Below are positions 30,229 through 40,363 of a stretch of 64,000 nucleotides of DNA, one piece after another. A model generated the notes under the pieces. That model ran no database searches and had not been told where the DNA came from. It saw only the letters and a program-made list of their open reading frames with translations. The stretch lies in contig OZ242326.1 of NCBI GenBank assembly GCA_965208325.1, forward strand, positions 1,888,001 through 1,952,000. Reading direction: 5' to 3'. The translations under genes were made by a program, and so were the position numbers. Source of the stretch: Candidatus Poribacteria bacterium. Lineage in GTDB: Bacteria > Poribacteria > WGA-4E > PCPOR2b. Each line of letters starts with the position of its first letter. Position 1 is the stretch's first letter.

Positions 30229-30675
30229 GTGAAAATAAATATGACGGACGAGACAGGACTCCGCGGCGCTGCGATTATTCCGGGCTTGCGTTACGTAGAC
30301 GCGCCGGGCGCGATAGAGTGGCTGTGCGCAGCCTTCGGTTTCGAGCGGCATCTTGTGGTGCCGGGTGAAAATGGCAAGATTGCGCATGCCCAGCTCACGT
30401 TTCGAAACAGCATGATTATGCTGGGTTCGGGGCACGACGGGGATTACGATGAGTTGCTAATCCATCCGAAAGATGCCGGCGCTGTGACGCAGGCGCCGTA
30501 TGTGATAGTGGATGATGTGGATGCGCATTGCGACCGCGCACGCGCCGTGGGCGCCGAGATAATTATGGAGCCGGCTGACCAGGATTACGGCGGACGCCTT
30601 TATAGCTGCCGAGATATTGAGCGGCATGTATGGAATTTTGGTTCTTATGATCCGTGGGCAGAATTAGAACACTAG
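30229..30675 (+). CDS. VOC/bleomycin-resistance family protein
   Basis: IIPGLRY.DA..AIEWL..AFGF, HAQL and DQDYGGR.YSCRD.E.HVW.FG.Y. Confidence 0.9.
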   Translation: MKINMTDETGLRGAAIIPGLRYVDAPGAIEWLCAAFGFERHLVVPGENGKIAHAQLTFRNSMIMLGSGHDGDYDELLIHPKDAGAVTQAPYVIVDDVDAHCDRARAVGAEIIMEPADQDYGGRLYSCRDIERHVWNFGSYDPWAELEH

Positions 30676-30834
30676 AGAACTGTCCAGGCGCGGACGCAGC
30701 GACATTCGACCTACCCGAAGTGTTCTTCTCGGAGTTGCGTACTGTAGGCATAGTAGGATTGGAACGATTGGGTACCCGAAGCGCCACGTGATTTGCCATC
30801 ATCTCATCAAGAGCGACACCGCGGGAGTGTATTT

Positions 30835-31599
30835 GTGAAGCGCTTAAACTCAGAATCTACGCGAGAGGGTCGGTCCCGACTTTACTCGTCAACCGCACTC
30901 TGCCGGGCGTTGCGGGCGGGTTTGCGGGAAAAAGCCGACCCCGAATTGGCGCCTGGGATGCAGGCGTACATGAAATCGGAGATGCCCTATCTCGGCTTGC
31001 GGGCGCCCGCGTTGAAAGCGGTGTGCCGGCAGGTCTTCGCTGCACACCCGATCACAACCCGGAAGCGTTGGATCGACACGGTTCTTGCGGTCTGGCGCGG
31101 CGCGGAACACCGTGAAGAACGTTACGCCGCCATCAACCTCGCGGATTACGACGCTTACGACGACTTTCAGACGCTTGAAGCGCTTCCTTGTTACGAGGAG
31201 ATGATTGTTGACGGTGCGTGGTGGGACTATATTGACGCCATCGCGCCTCGACTGGTCGGCGGGCTGCTCATGCGCTACCCTGACGATATGAGAGGGGTGA
31301 TGCTGGAGTGGGCGCACTCGCCCGATATCTGGAAACGCCGCTCGTCCATCATTTGTCAACTGAAATTCAAGGACGCCACAGATTTCGATTTGATCCAAGC
31401 GTGTATCGAGCCGTCGATTGACCACCGCGAATTTTTCCTGCGCAAAGCGATTGCTTGGGCGTTGCGCGAATACGCCAAGACCGAACCGGACGCCGTCATC
31501 GCATATATCAGGGAGAACGCGGATCGGTTGAGCCCATTCAGCAAAAAGCAAGCGGTACGCCTGCTCATCCGGTCGGGCCGCATTGACGCCGTGCCCTAA
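30835..31599 (+). CDS. DNA alkylation repair protein (AlkD-like HEAT-repeat glycosylase)
   Basis: MQAYMKS..PYLG, REERY, WWDYID, W.RR.SII and EFFLRKAIAWALREYAK. Start uncertain. Confidence 0.88.
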   Translation: MKRLNSESTREGRSRLYSSTALCRALRAGLREKADPELAPGMQAYMKSEMPYLGLRAPALKAVCRQVFAAHPITTRKRWIDTVLAVWRGAEHREERYAAINLADYDAYDDFQTLEALPCYEEMIVDGAWWDYIDAIAPRLVGGLLMRYPDDMRGVMLEWAHSPDIWKRRSSIICQLKFKDATDFDLIQACIEPSIDHREFFLRKAIAWALREYAKTEPDAVIAYIRENADRLSPFSKKQAVRLLIRSGRIDAVP

Positions 31600-31708
31600 C
31601 GGGCTATCGGGATTCGGGCGAGAAGGAGGTATGATTTGCTCAATCTCAGCCGGAGCCGCAGTTCTTTTTCGGCGTTATGCCGAAACATTGAAAAAGGGAA
31701 TACCAAAT

Positions 31709-32626
31709 ATGACAAGATTTCATTTTTCAGTCACGATTTCCGCGCCGCGATCCACTGTTTGGCACGTGCTGGTGGACGATGAGACGTTCAGGCAGTGGAA
31801 CAGCGTTTTTTGCGAGGGTTCGTATTTTGAAGGTGACTGGAGCGCGGGCAGCACTATTCGCTTCCTCACGCCTGAAAAGAGAGGGTTAGTGGGGGAAATC
31901 GCCGAAAATCGAAAGCACGAGTTTTTGTCAATCGAGCACCGGGGGTGTATTATCGACGGCGTCGACAATTTCGAAAATGACGACGCGAAGGCATGGTCGC
32001 AAGCTTATGAAAGTTACACACTCACGGCAGTTGACGGGGGCACCGAATTAACGCTCGATGCCGAAGTTCCGTCGGCGTATAAGGCTTACTTGGAAGACGT
32101 ATGGCCCAAGGCGCTGGCGGCAGTTAAGGAACTCGCTGAAAAAAAATCAGATGACAATGTGAGCAGTGAATCGCAAATGAAAAAAATGCGCCATTCAATC
32201 AGTATTTCAGCGCCGCGGGCTGCCGTGTGGCGAGTACTGCTTGAGGAGGCGACCTATAAAGAGTGGACGGCAGTATTTGCTGGAGGTTCATATTTTGAAG
32301 GGGACTGGAGCGAAGGCAGTACGATCCGTTTCCTCACGCCAGAAAAGGACGGCATGGTCGGGGTGATTGCGGAAAACCGGGAGCACGAATTTGTGTCAAT
32401 CAAGCACCTCGGCTATGTACACAAAGGTGTTGATGACACGGAAAGTGACGCGGTAAAGGCTTGGGCGCCCGCTTATGAAAATTATAAGCTGAATGAAGTT
32501 GACGGTGGCACCGAGTTAGTGGTTGAAATGGAAATTACTTCGGCGGAGGAGGGCTATTTTGAAGACGTGATGCCCCAGGCGCTGAAGATTATTAAAAAAT
32601 TAGCTGAAACATCGGAGGAATCATGA
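31709..32626 (+). CDS. Tandem SRPBCC/START-like domain protein
   Basis: Two near-identical domains ISAPR..VW.VL....T...W...F..GSYFEGDWS.GSTIRFLTPEK.G....IAENR.HEF.SI.H.G. Confidence 0.85.
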   Translation: MTRFHFSVTISAPRSTVWHVLVDDETFRQWNSVFCEGSYFEGDWSAGSTIRFLTPEKRGLVGEIAENRKHEFLSIEHRGCIIDGVDNFENDDAKAWSQAYESYTLTAVDGGTELTLDAEVPSAYKAYLEDVWPKALAAVKELAEKKSDDNVSSESQMKKMRHSISISAPRAAVWRVLLEEATYKEWTAVFAGGSYFEGDWSEGSTIRFLTPEKDGMVGVIAENREHEFVSIKHLGYVHKGVDDTESDAVKAWAPAYENYKLNEVDGGTELVVEMEITSAEEGYFEDVMPQALKIIKKLAETSEES

Positions 32627-33021
32627 TTCGAAATACGTACATTAATCTACCGGTTAAGGATTTGAATGAAACTAGGGAGTTCTTCTCGCAGGTGGGTTTT
32701 GATTTTGATGAAGACTTTAGCGGCGAAGAATGCGTGTGTATGGTCATCGCGGACGGGAGTTTTGCGATGCTGGTGGCTGAGTCGTTTTTCCAACAGTTTA
32801 CCAAGAAAGAGATTGCCGACGCATCGAAGACAACCGAGGTGGTCACTGCACTTTCCGCCGACAGCCGAGACGAGGTTGACGAGATGATGAGCAGGGCACT
32901 CAACGCAGGCGGCGCGGAACCGATACCGGTCGTGAACCAAGGCTGGATGTATTGCAGGACGTTTGAAGACCCGAATGGACACATTTGGGAAGTGTTCCAC
33001 ATGAGCCAAGGTGACGAGTAA
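32623..33021 (+). CDS. VOC/glyoxalase family protein
   Basis: YINLPVKDL....FF..VGF, EVD.M...AL.AGG and WMY.R.FEDPNGHIWE. Confidence 0.9.
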   Translation: MIRNTYINLPVKDLNETREFFSQVGFDFDEDFSGEECVCMVIADGSFAMLVAESFFQQFTKKEIADASKTTEVVTALSADSRDEVDEMMSRALNAGGAEPIPVVNQGWMYCRTFEDPNGHIWEVFHMSQGDE

Positions 33022-33127
33022 GTCGCGGATATAAACATACATACCGCGCGGGGCTGAGAACAACGTCCGGTTCACGGCAACGATTTAGCGCCGTAAACTC
33101 CGTCCCGCGCCGAAAGGAAAAAATAAC

Positions 33128-33505
33128 ATGACTCAACACTACAACCCCGTCGGATGGTTCGAGATTCCCGTGATAGATTTGGACAGAGCAAAACAATTCT
33201 ACGAAGCCGTGATGGATGTGGAGCTTACGCCCATGACACTGGGAGCCGCGGAGATGGCATGGTTTCCCGTTGTCGAAGACGCCATTGGCGCCGCCGGTAC
33301 GCTTATCAAAGCGGAGGGTTTGACGCCGTCGCATGCCGGCACGTTGATATACTTTACCGCGCCCGACATTGAGGGAACATTGGAGCGAGTCGGCGCCAAC
33401 GGCGGCGAGACGCTGCTGCCCAAGACTAGCATCGGCGAATACGGTTTCATCGCCCACTTCGAGGATACCGAAGGGAATCGATTGGCGTTGCATTGTAGAG
33501 CGTAA
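33128..33505 (+). CDS. VOC/glyoxalase family protein
   Basis: NPVGWFEIPV.DLDRAK.FY, GG..LLPKTSIGEYGF.A.FEDTEGNR.ALH. Confidence 0.9.
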   Translation: MTQHYNPVGWFEIPVIDLDRAKQFYEAVMDVELTPMTLGAAEMAWFPVVEDAIGAAGTLIKAEGLTPSHAGTLIYFTAPDIEGTLERVGANGGETLLPKTSIGEYGFIAHFEDTEGNRLALHCRA

Positions 33506-33645
33506 CGTGCGGTAGGGCGCGATTCGGCGAGTGGTTGACGGGGACGGTAGAGATTATCAGGTTTTTGGGTGACGGAAAGTTTTTTCCGTCCGGATTTTTG
33601 ATACCTGTGGAGACTTTGATTTGCACCACTGACGAATTTCAATAT

Positions 33646-33770
33646 ACCTGTCGCCCCGCTGGGGCTTTTGTATGCGGTAGTTTAGTTTTCTATACACCTT
33701 TCGCCCCTCCGGGGCTTTCCTGTCGGGCGCCACTTTGTTGCTATACACCTGTCGCCGCGCTGGGGTTTTT
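33646..33770. repeat. Three ACCTGTCGCCCCGCTGGGGCT-type REP palindromes
   Basis: Three variants in tandem. The same family occurs at 18244-18315 and, inverted, at 36404-36477. Confidence 0.75.
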
Positions 33771-33794
33771 GAGGAAGGGTTATTTTTAATATTG

Positions 33795-34280
33795 ATGATA
33801 GACGAGAGTTGGTACGAGCGTCCGCCCGGCGTTCCGGATCGGACTTCTGCGGGCGGTGTCGTTGCACGGATAGAAGATGGGCAGATTTATGTCGCGCTTG
33901 TCGGCGAGGTCGGGCTTACGGAGCGGGTCTTGCCGAAGGGCGGCGTGGAGTCTGGCGAAAGTCTGGAAGGTGCGGCACGCAGGGAAATCGAAGAAGAGGC
34001 GGGCTTATCCTCGCTGGAACTGATTGGAAAAGTCGGCACACGCGAACGCCTATCGTATGACAGAGTTTGGTGGATTACGGCGCACTATTTCCTGTTTGCC
34101 ACGGAGCAGGCGGCGGGTATTCCAACGGATGTCGACCACCACTACGAACTGGCATGGAGTCCGATCGATAGACTGACGGCGATTTTCTGGCCCGAACAGC
34201 GCGAATTGATAGAGACAAACCGAGACCGGATTGTTGGGCTTGTGGAGGAGCATTGGTTTACGGTGCAAAGAGAATCGTGA
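33795..34280 (+). CDS. NUDIX hydrolase
   Basis: SAGGVV and Nudix box LPKGGVESGESLEGAARREIEEEAGL. Confidence 0.92.
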   Translation: MIDESWYERPPGVPDRTSAGGVVARIEDGQIYVALVGEVGLTERVLPKGGVESGESLEGAARREIEEEAGLSSLELIGKVGTRERLSYDRVWWITAHYFLFATEQAAGIPTDVDHHYELAWSPIDRLTAIFWPEQRELIETNRDRIVGLVEEHWFTVQRES

Positions 34281-34335
34281 TTGATTTAAGATCCGCCTGA
34301 ATATTAAGACGTGAAGACAAACGAAGGTATATACT

Positions 34336-35766
34336 ATGAATAGCCAGCGACCTAAACCCGCGACGTTTCGATTTAAGAATATTGGTCCTGTCAAGGACGC
34401 GGAAGTGGAACTCGGGGACCTCACAATCATCGCTGGGCGCAACAATACCGGCAAGACCTACATAGTATACACGCTCTACGGCTTCCTGAAAATGTTGCAA
34501 GGCCGGAATCGCGGAGACTATTTCTTAGAAGACGCGATGAATCATAACACTGACTTTGCGGACATACGGTGGATTATTGAGGAGGTAAGCAGAGAAGGTC
34601 GAGCGAGCATTTCCTTGGATAGAGAAAAAATTCGCCAGCAGCAACAGCTAGTAATTCAGCAACTCGCCCGCGTTTACTCGAAAGATGCTCTACGCTTAAC
34701 GTTTAGCACTCGCCACAGCGATTTCAAAGATTCTTCCATTGAGGTCGAACTCAATGAAACTGAACCCAGCAATTACTTCAATGTCATTGGAGAACTCCAC
34801 GGGGGCGTTCAATTTTCAATTGATTACGACGGCAGCAATTTTAGCGTTGCTGTGGATGCAACAAAAGACCAGCGGCAGATTTTAGATTTTGAATCCGAAA
34901 TCGCGCGCTATTACTTTTCGCTTCTCCTGTACAATCTGTTTCCTGACCCGCTCATTCTGTCCGCTGAACGGTTTGGCATCTCCCTTTTCTACAAGGAATT
35001 AGACTTTACCAAGAACCAATTGGTCGATCTGTTACAGAAAATGGGCGATGCGAAGAGCAGAGATTGGATTTCTCCATTTCTATTGATAGACAAGACCACA
35101 AGCCGCTACGCACTTCCAATTAAAGATAATATTGATTACACCAGAGACATTCCCAATCTCCAAGAGAGCAAAAGCGACGTTTTCGAGAGTAAGCTGTTTG
35201 ACGATATTAAAGACATGATGGACGGCTACTACGGAAATTCGGGCGATGACATTCGTTTCATATCCAAGGCACGCGGCAAGGGACGCAGTTACAACATACC
35301 GCTGCATCTGGCTTCGTCTTCGGCGCGCGGACTATCCGATCTCTACTTCTTTTTACGTCATGCGGCGCAGAAAAACCATCTCCTAATCGTTGACGAACCG
35401 GAGAGTCATCTTGATACATCCAACCAGATTCTCTTGGCGCGATTACTGGCGCGGTGCGTGCGGGCTGGACTGAAGGTTTTGATAACCACGCACAGCGACT
35501 ACCTCATCAAAGAGATTAATAACCTCGTTATGCTAAGTAGACCATTTGCAGACAAGGAGGCTGTCGTAAAGAAACTCAAATACAACCCCGAGGACTTCAT
35601 CAACCCGGATTCTATCCGCGCTTATGTAGCACAAGACAACAGCCTAACCCGATGCGAGGTGGACAAATTCGGCATCGACATGCCGGTCTTCGACGAAACC
35701 ATCGACAGGATTAACAGGGTGGCAAACGATTTAGCATCGCGAATGTCAGATGAGTCGGAGGCGTAA
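34336..35766 (+). CDS. ABC/AAA_15-type ATPase
   Basis: FKNIGPV, Walker A GRNNTGKT, SAER, signature ASSSARGL, Walker B IVDEPESHL and ITTHSDY. Confidence 0.88.
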   Translation: MNSQRPKPATFRFKNIGPVKDAEVELGDLTIIAGRNNTGKTYIVYTLYGFLKMLQGRNRGDYFLEDAMNHNTDFADIRWIIEEVSREGRASISLDREKIRQQQQLVIQQLARVYSKDALRLTFSTRHSDFKDSSIEVELNETEPSNYFNVIGELHGGVQFSIDYDGSNFSVAVDATKDQRQILDFESEIARYYFSLLLYNLFPDPLILSAERFGISLFYKELDFTKNQLVDLLQKMGDAKSRDWISPFLLIDKTTSRYALPIKDNIDYTRDIPNLQESKSDVFESKLFDDIKDMMDGYYGNSGDDIRFISKARGKGRSYNIPLHLASSSARGLSDLYFFLRHAAQKNHLLIVDEPESHLDTSNQILLARLLARCVRAGLKVLITTHSDYLIKEINNLVMLSRPFADKEAVVKKLKYNPEDFINPDSIRAYVAQDNSLTRCEVDKFGIDMPVFDETIDRINRVANDLASRMSDESEA

Positions 35767-36310
35767 AGACGTGTTGGCAACAAATCTGAAAAATATGCTG
35801 GCGGATAAAGCGCTGGTGTCGCCGAGAAAGGATGGAAGAACTGTTTTACGAGAAAAGGACGTGATGGAGTTCGAAGTCGCCGATATTCCTTCCGACATCA
35901 CCATAATAAATATGCGGCGCATTGGCAGTTTATCGGGGGTGAAAGAGGGCGAATGGAAGCAAGTTTGTGATTATCTCTTTCTTTTTGAGGAGGAAGGCAA
36001 GGATTACGCGGTATTCGTTGAATTGAAGAAGACTTTAAATGAAGAAAACGAGAAGGGTATGGAACAGCTACGGCGATCGCTCCCGTTCTTGGAATTCCTC
36101 CGTTCGCTATGTGAAATACATCATAGCGCCAAGTCTGCCAAACTGAGAATAATTGTGCGCTATTCACTTGTCGGCAATCAGATTAGTCAAAGGCTCGATA
36201 AACAACACGTCAAGGCAGGTTATGCGCTGGCTTCGAAGAATCACAGAGGCATATCGGTAGATATGTTGTTTGGAGAAAGAATTCGTTTTCGCAGTCTGAT
36301 AGGCGCTTGA
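35750..36310 (+). CDS. Hypothetical protein, putative PD-(D/E)xK nuclease
   Basis: VCDYLFL...FVELKK....GMEQL motif. Overlaps the end of the ATPase gene. Confidence 0.6.
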   Translation: MSRRRKDVLATNLKNMLADKALVSPRKDGRTVLREKDVMEFEVADIPSDITIINMRRIGSLSGVKEGEWKQVCDYLFLFEEEGKDYAVFVELKKTLNEENEKGMEQLRRSLPFLEFLRSLCEIHHSAKSAKLRIIVRYSLVGNQISQRLDKQHVKAGYALASKNHRGISVDMLFGERIRFRSLIGA

Positions 36311-36403
36311 CTTCTAGAGGCCGCCGCTTATGCGATTCACTGAGCGGTTAACCAATGCGATAGAGATTAGGAGGTGTATAGAATCGTGATGAACCACCTA
36401 CCT

Positions 36404-36535
36404 AAGCGCCAGCGGCGCGACAGGTGTATAGCAACATCAAACCTCTCTACACCCAAGCCCCAGCGGGGCGACAGGTATTTTGCCGTGGGAGAGGCTTCCT
36501 AGCCTCGATAATCGGGAGAAGGATCTCCCTCCCAC
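36404..36535. repeat. REP cluster
   Basis: Two GCCCCAGCGGGGCGACAGG-type copies and the inverted doublet GTGGGAGAGG...CCCTCCCAC (36485-36535). Confidence 0.75.
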
Positions 36536-36648
36536 AACATTGACCCACGCGATTTTTCGGACTTACGGATTACACCTTAATCCCTCCAAAATTCCCACCC
36601 CGATAATCTTCCCGAATACTGCCTTTATAACATGTGATATAGTTCAAC

Positions 36649-36678
36649 TTGACATGCACACGATGCGCATGGTATAAT
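36649..36678 (+). promoter_or_regulatory. Consensus sigma70 promoter with an imperfect palindrome in the spacer
   Basis: TTGACA-18 bp-TATAAT with TG extension. ATGCACA-CGA-TGCGCAT at 36654-36670. Confidence 0.75.
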
Positions 36679-36715
36679 TGGATTTTATCAATGCCATATA
36701 CTCATCGGGAAAATC

Positions 36716-39700
36716 ATGTCAGCCATTTTACCAACAGACTATCCGCAGAAAATTAAAGACCTGCGCGGCACGAAGGGTTTAACGCAGACGCATTTTGCGG
36801 AGCTCGTCGGCGTCTCCTTCGCCACCGTTAACCGTTGGGAAAATGCGCAATCTCGCCCAAACAATTTGGCGTGGAAACGCATCGTTGAGTTGGCGGCGTC
36901 GAGCGACGCGGAGCAAGCGGCACAACCCGTACCCGACGACTCGCCAAGCATGGATTTTGCCGCCGACCCGAACGCGGTCTCGGCGGTTGCAGAGGCGCAC
37001 CGCTTGGCATACGGCCACCTATTTAACCCGGCGTTCGCCACGGAAACCTCGCTAATCGACCCGCTTCCGCACCAGCGCATCGCGGTTTACGAAAAGATGC
37101 TGGGGCAGAAGCCGTTACGTTTCTTGCTGGCGGACGACGCCGGCGCCGGCAAGACCATCATGACGGGTTTGTACGTCCGCGAGATGCTGTCCCGCCGGCT
37201 CATCCGCCGCGTGCTCATCGTACCGCCTGCCGGTCTCGTGGGAAACTGGGTGCAGGAGATGCGCAAGCTGTTTCGGTTGTCGTTCCGCATCATCAGGGGC
37301 GATGACGCGCGAGACGGCAACCCTTTCAGCGGCGCCGAGAGCGATCAGGTCATCGTCAGCGTGGACACCTTGGTAACGCAGCGGGTTTTTGACCGCCTTA
37401 GAGACCCTCGAACGGAGCCCTACGACCTTGCGGTCTTCGACGAGGCGCACAAGCTGTCTGCGAATCGGCTGCCGGATTTCCGGGTGCGCAAGACGAATCG
37501 GTACAGGCTGGCGGAGGCTATCGCCGGGGTTGAAGTGGACAGCGACGACTGGAAATTTCCGCAACCCGCCCAGCACCTGCTGCTGCTGACCGCGACACCG
37601 CACATGGGCAAGGACTTTCCCTACTATTACTTGTGGCGCCTGCTGCTGCCGGAAGCGCTCTCGACCTATGACGCCTTCGATAGATTTCCCCGCGAACTTC
37701 GAGAGCGGCATTTCATCCGCCGCACCAAGGAGGAGATGCTGCATTACAACGAGAAACCGTTGTATCCGCAGCGTAACTGCGACACGTTGAGCTACAATCT
37801 CTCGCACGGTCCTGAAGGCGAGCAGGAGCTCTACGACGAGACGACAGAATACATCCGCGACTACTACAACCGCGCGAAAGTCTTGAACCGTTCAGCCGCA
37901 CAATTGGCGATGAGCGTCTTCCAACGGCGTCTCGCCAGTTCCACCTATGCACTCATGCGATCATTCGAGCGCCGGAGAGAGAAGTTGGAAGGGATGATTG
38001 ACGACATCATGAGCGGACGGCTCACTGAGGAACAGTTCGCCAGCCAGCAACAGCGTCTCAATGTCCCTAACGACGTATTCGATACATCAACCGCTGATGA
38101 GACCGAGGACGACCAGAACGAAGCACACGAAAATCAAGCGCTCGGCGGCACCACGGCTTTTAACCTAACCGAGTTAGCGGCGGAGAGGGGTGAGGTCGAG
38201 GCGTTGTTGAATAAGTCACGGAAATTGTTGGACGCGGGCGAGGAATCCAAATTTGAGAAACTGCGAGAAGTTCTGCGTCATCCGAACTACATCAACGAGA
38301 AATTCATCATCTTCACCGAACACCGCGACACGGCTGAGTTTCTGGTGCGCCGGTTGGAAGGTCTTGGATTCACAGATCAGGTTGCGCTTATCCACGGCGG
38401 ACTAGACTACCGCGAACGCGAGGGGCAGGTGGAGTTTTTCCGCCGTTCTGCGGAGAAAGGCGGGGCGAACTATCTCGTAGCGACAGACGCCGCGGGTGAG
38501 GGGATTAACCTCCAGTTCTGCTGGTTGATGGTGAACTACGATATCCCATGGAATCCAGCGCGGCTTGAGCAGCGCATGGGGCGAATCCATCGTTACGGCC
38601 AAAAGCACGACCCCGTGGTGATAGTTAATCTGGTTGCGGGCGGCACACGCGAGGGGCGTGTATTGAAAACGCTGCTCGATAAACTTCAGGTTATCCGAGA
38701 GCAGCTTCAATCCGACAAAGTGTTCGATGTGGTTGGGCGTCTATTTGAGGGTGTATCCATGACCGAATATCTTCGGCAGGCGCTTACCGACGATGTTGAG
38801 GACGTCACCGAGCGGTTGGAGGGCAACCTAACGGAAGACCAAGTTCGAGCACTAGCGCGAAAAGAGCAGGTTCTGTACGGCGGCGGCGGCGACGTGCGCC
38901 GCAGACTGCCGCAACTCAACGCGGAGACGGAGCAGGAAATCTATCGTCAACTGCTGCCGGGTTATGTGCGCCGTTTTGTGGAGCGCGCCGCGCCGCTGCT
39001 CGATTTGCGCATTGACGGCGACCCTGACACCGCCTTCAGCTTGATACCGAACCGACCGCGTGCGTCTGATCCCTTGCTCACCTCGCTTGAGCGGTATTCC
39101 GAGGGTGCGCGCCAGCTACTAACGGTGTACAAACCGACGAGCCGGGAAGATGCCGTCTGGATGCACCCCGGCGAGCCCGTGTTCGATTGCCTTTCAGATG
39201 CCATCCTAGAGCGGTTTGGACGCGCCGGACGACAGGGCGCCGTGTACACCGATCCCTATGCCGCCGAGGCGTATCTGTTCCACATTGCGCTGGTTTCTGT
39301 TGAACAGCGCGGCAGAGAAGACGAGATGACCGACCTGTTTGATGACCGTTCTGAGCGTGAAAACGCGCCTAAGCCGCTAGAATCACGATTGGTCGGGCTA
39401 CGCCAATCCAGCGACGGTAGCGTCACTGAACTTCCAGTCGAACACCTACTGCTGCTCAGGGGTGCGGGGGGCTTCGCGCCGAGTCGTGTGCCGCTCGCAA
39501 CCTTGGCACGCAGTATGGCTCCAGACGCCCTGGAGTTTGCCCGGGCGGAGATAGGCGAGCGACTGGCGCAGCGCCATCGACAGGGACGATTCGACGACCT
39601 TCCCTCACGTGCGGAGTCGGTCAACCGCGGCTTCGATTTTCAGGCAGCTGAACTTGCGGCTGCCCGATCCCGCCTCAACCAACTTGCACGCGAAGGAGAT

Positions 39701-40315
39701 CGGGACGCGGAGAAGGAACTTGGGGCGGTCAAGGATCGACAGCGCGGCTTAACCGCCTCCCGAAATCGGCGCCTGGCTGAACTGCGAGCCGAACCGGAAC
39801 TGATTCAGGCCGGGGATGCCGCGATCTTGGTGCATGCACTCGTGGTGCCCGTTCAGGACACGGAGGCGGTTGAGCGTTACGACGACGATGTCGAAGCCGT
39901 CGCCGTGGAGGTTGCAACCGCTTACGAGGAGCACCAAGGCGCGGTAGTCACGGATGTCTCGAAGCCTGAACTCGCGCGGCGTGCCGGTTTGATGGATTGG
40001 CCCGGCTTCGATCTCAAGTCCCGCCGTCCAGCAAATGCCGACGGTTCTGTTGAGGAGCGTGCCATTGAGGTTAAGGGGCGCGCCGGATCCGGGGATGTTC
40101 AGATGTCCGAAAATGAATGGGCGCGGGCTTGCAACCTGCGTGAAGATTATTGGCTTTACGTTGTCTTCGACTGCGCGACGCCGCGGCCGCGCTTGGTGCG
40201 AGTTCAGGACCCGTTCGCCAAATTGCTCGTCCGCAGCCGCGAATCTTTGGCGTTCACAATAACCGAGGGGGCACTCAATGAGGCGTCGGCGCCTGTTGAG
40301 GAAACAAGGAGATGA
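36716..40315 (+). CDS. XRE-HTH + SNF2-family helicase + DUF3883 nuclease domain protein
   Basis: N-terminal LTQTHFAELVGVSFATVNRWEN; LADDAGAGKT, DEAH, LTATP, QRMGRIHRYGQ; C-terminal GFDLKS...IEVKGRA..MSENEW. Confidence 0.92.
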   Translation: MSAILPTDYPQKIKDLRGTKGLTQTHFAELVGVSFATVNRWENAQSRPNNLAWKRIVELAASSDAEQAAQPVPDDSPSMDFAADPNAVSAVAEAHRLAYGHLFNPAFATETSLIDPLPHQRIAVYEKMLGQKPLRFLLADDAGAGKTIMTGLYVREMLSRRLIRRVLIVPPAGLVGNWVQEMRKLFRLSFRIIRGDDARDGNPFSGAESDQVIVSVDTLVTQRVFDRLRDPRTEPYDLAVFDEAHKLSANRLPDFRVRKTNRYRLAEAIAGVEVDSDDWKFPQPAQHLLLLTATPHMGKDFPYYYLWRLLLPEALSTYDAFDRFPRELRERHFIRRTKEEMLHYNEKPLYPQRNCDTLSYNLSHGPEGEQELYDETTEYIRDYYNRAKVLNRSAAQLAMSVFQRRLASSTYALMRSFERRREKLEGMIDDIMSGRLTEEQFASQQQRLNVPNDVFDTSTADETEDDQNEAHENQALGGTTAFNLTELAAERGEVEALLNKSRKLLDAGEESKFEKLREVLRHPNYINEKFIIFTEHRDTAEFLVRRLEGLGFTDQVALIHGGLDYREREGQVEFFRRSAEKGGANYLVATDAAGEGINLQFCWLMVNYDIPWNPARLEQRMGRIHRYGQKHDPVVIVNLVAGGTREGRVLKTLLDKLQVIREQLQSDKVFDVVGRLFEGVSMTEYLRQALTDDVEDVTERLEGNLTEDQVRALARKEQVLYGGGGDVRRRLPQLNAETEQEIYRQLLPGYVRRFVERAAPLLDLRIDGDPDTAFSLIPNRPRASDPLLTSLERYSEGARQLLTVYKPTSREDAVWMHPGEPVFDCLSDAILERFGRAGRQGAVYTDPYAAEAYLFHIALVSVEQRGREDEMTDLFDDRSERENAPKPLESRLVGLRQSSDGSVTELPVEHLLLLRGAGGFAPSRVPLATLARSMAPDALEFARAEIGERLAQRHRQGRFDDLPSRAESVNRGFDFQAAELAAARSRLNQLAREGDRDAEKELGAVKDRQRGLTASRNRRLAELRAEPELIQAGDAAILVHALVVPVQDTEAVERYDDDVEAVAVEVATAYEEHQGAVVTDVSKPELARRAGLMDWPGFDLKSRRPANADGSVEERAIEVKGRAGSGDVQMSENEWARACNLREDYWLYVVFDCATPRPRLVRVQDPFAKLLVRSRESLAFTITEGALNEASAPVEETRR

Positions 40316-40363
40316 GGGGTTTTGAAGGCTTAAAAACTTCAACCCAAACCAGATCGGTTTCGA

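Noticed and set aside
23433..33505. Integron cassette array
   Set aside because: No intI and no recurring attC-like structure between the genes; some genes overlap as in ordinary operons.
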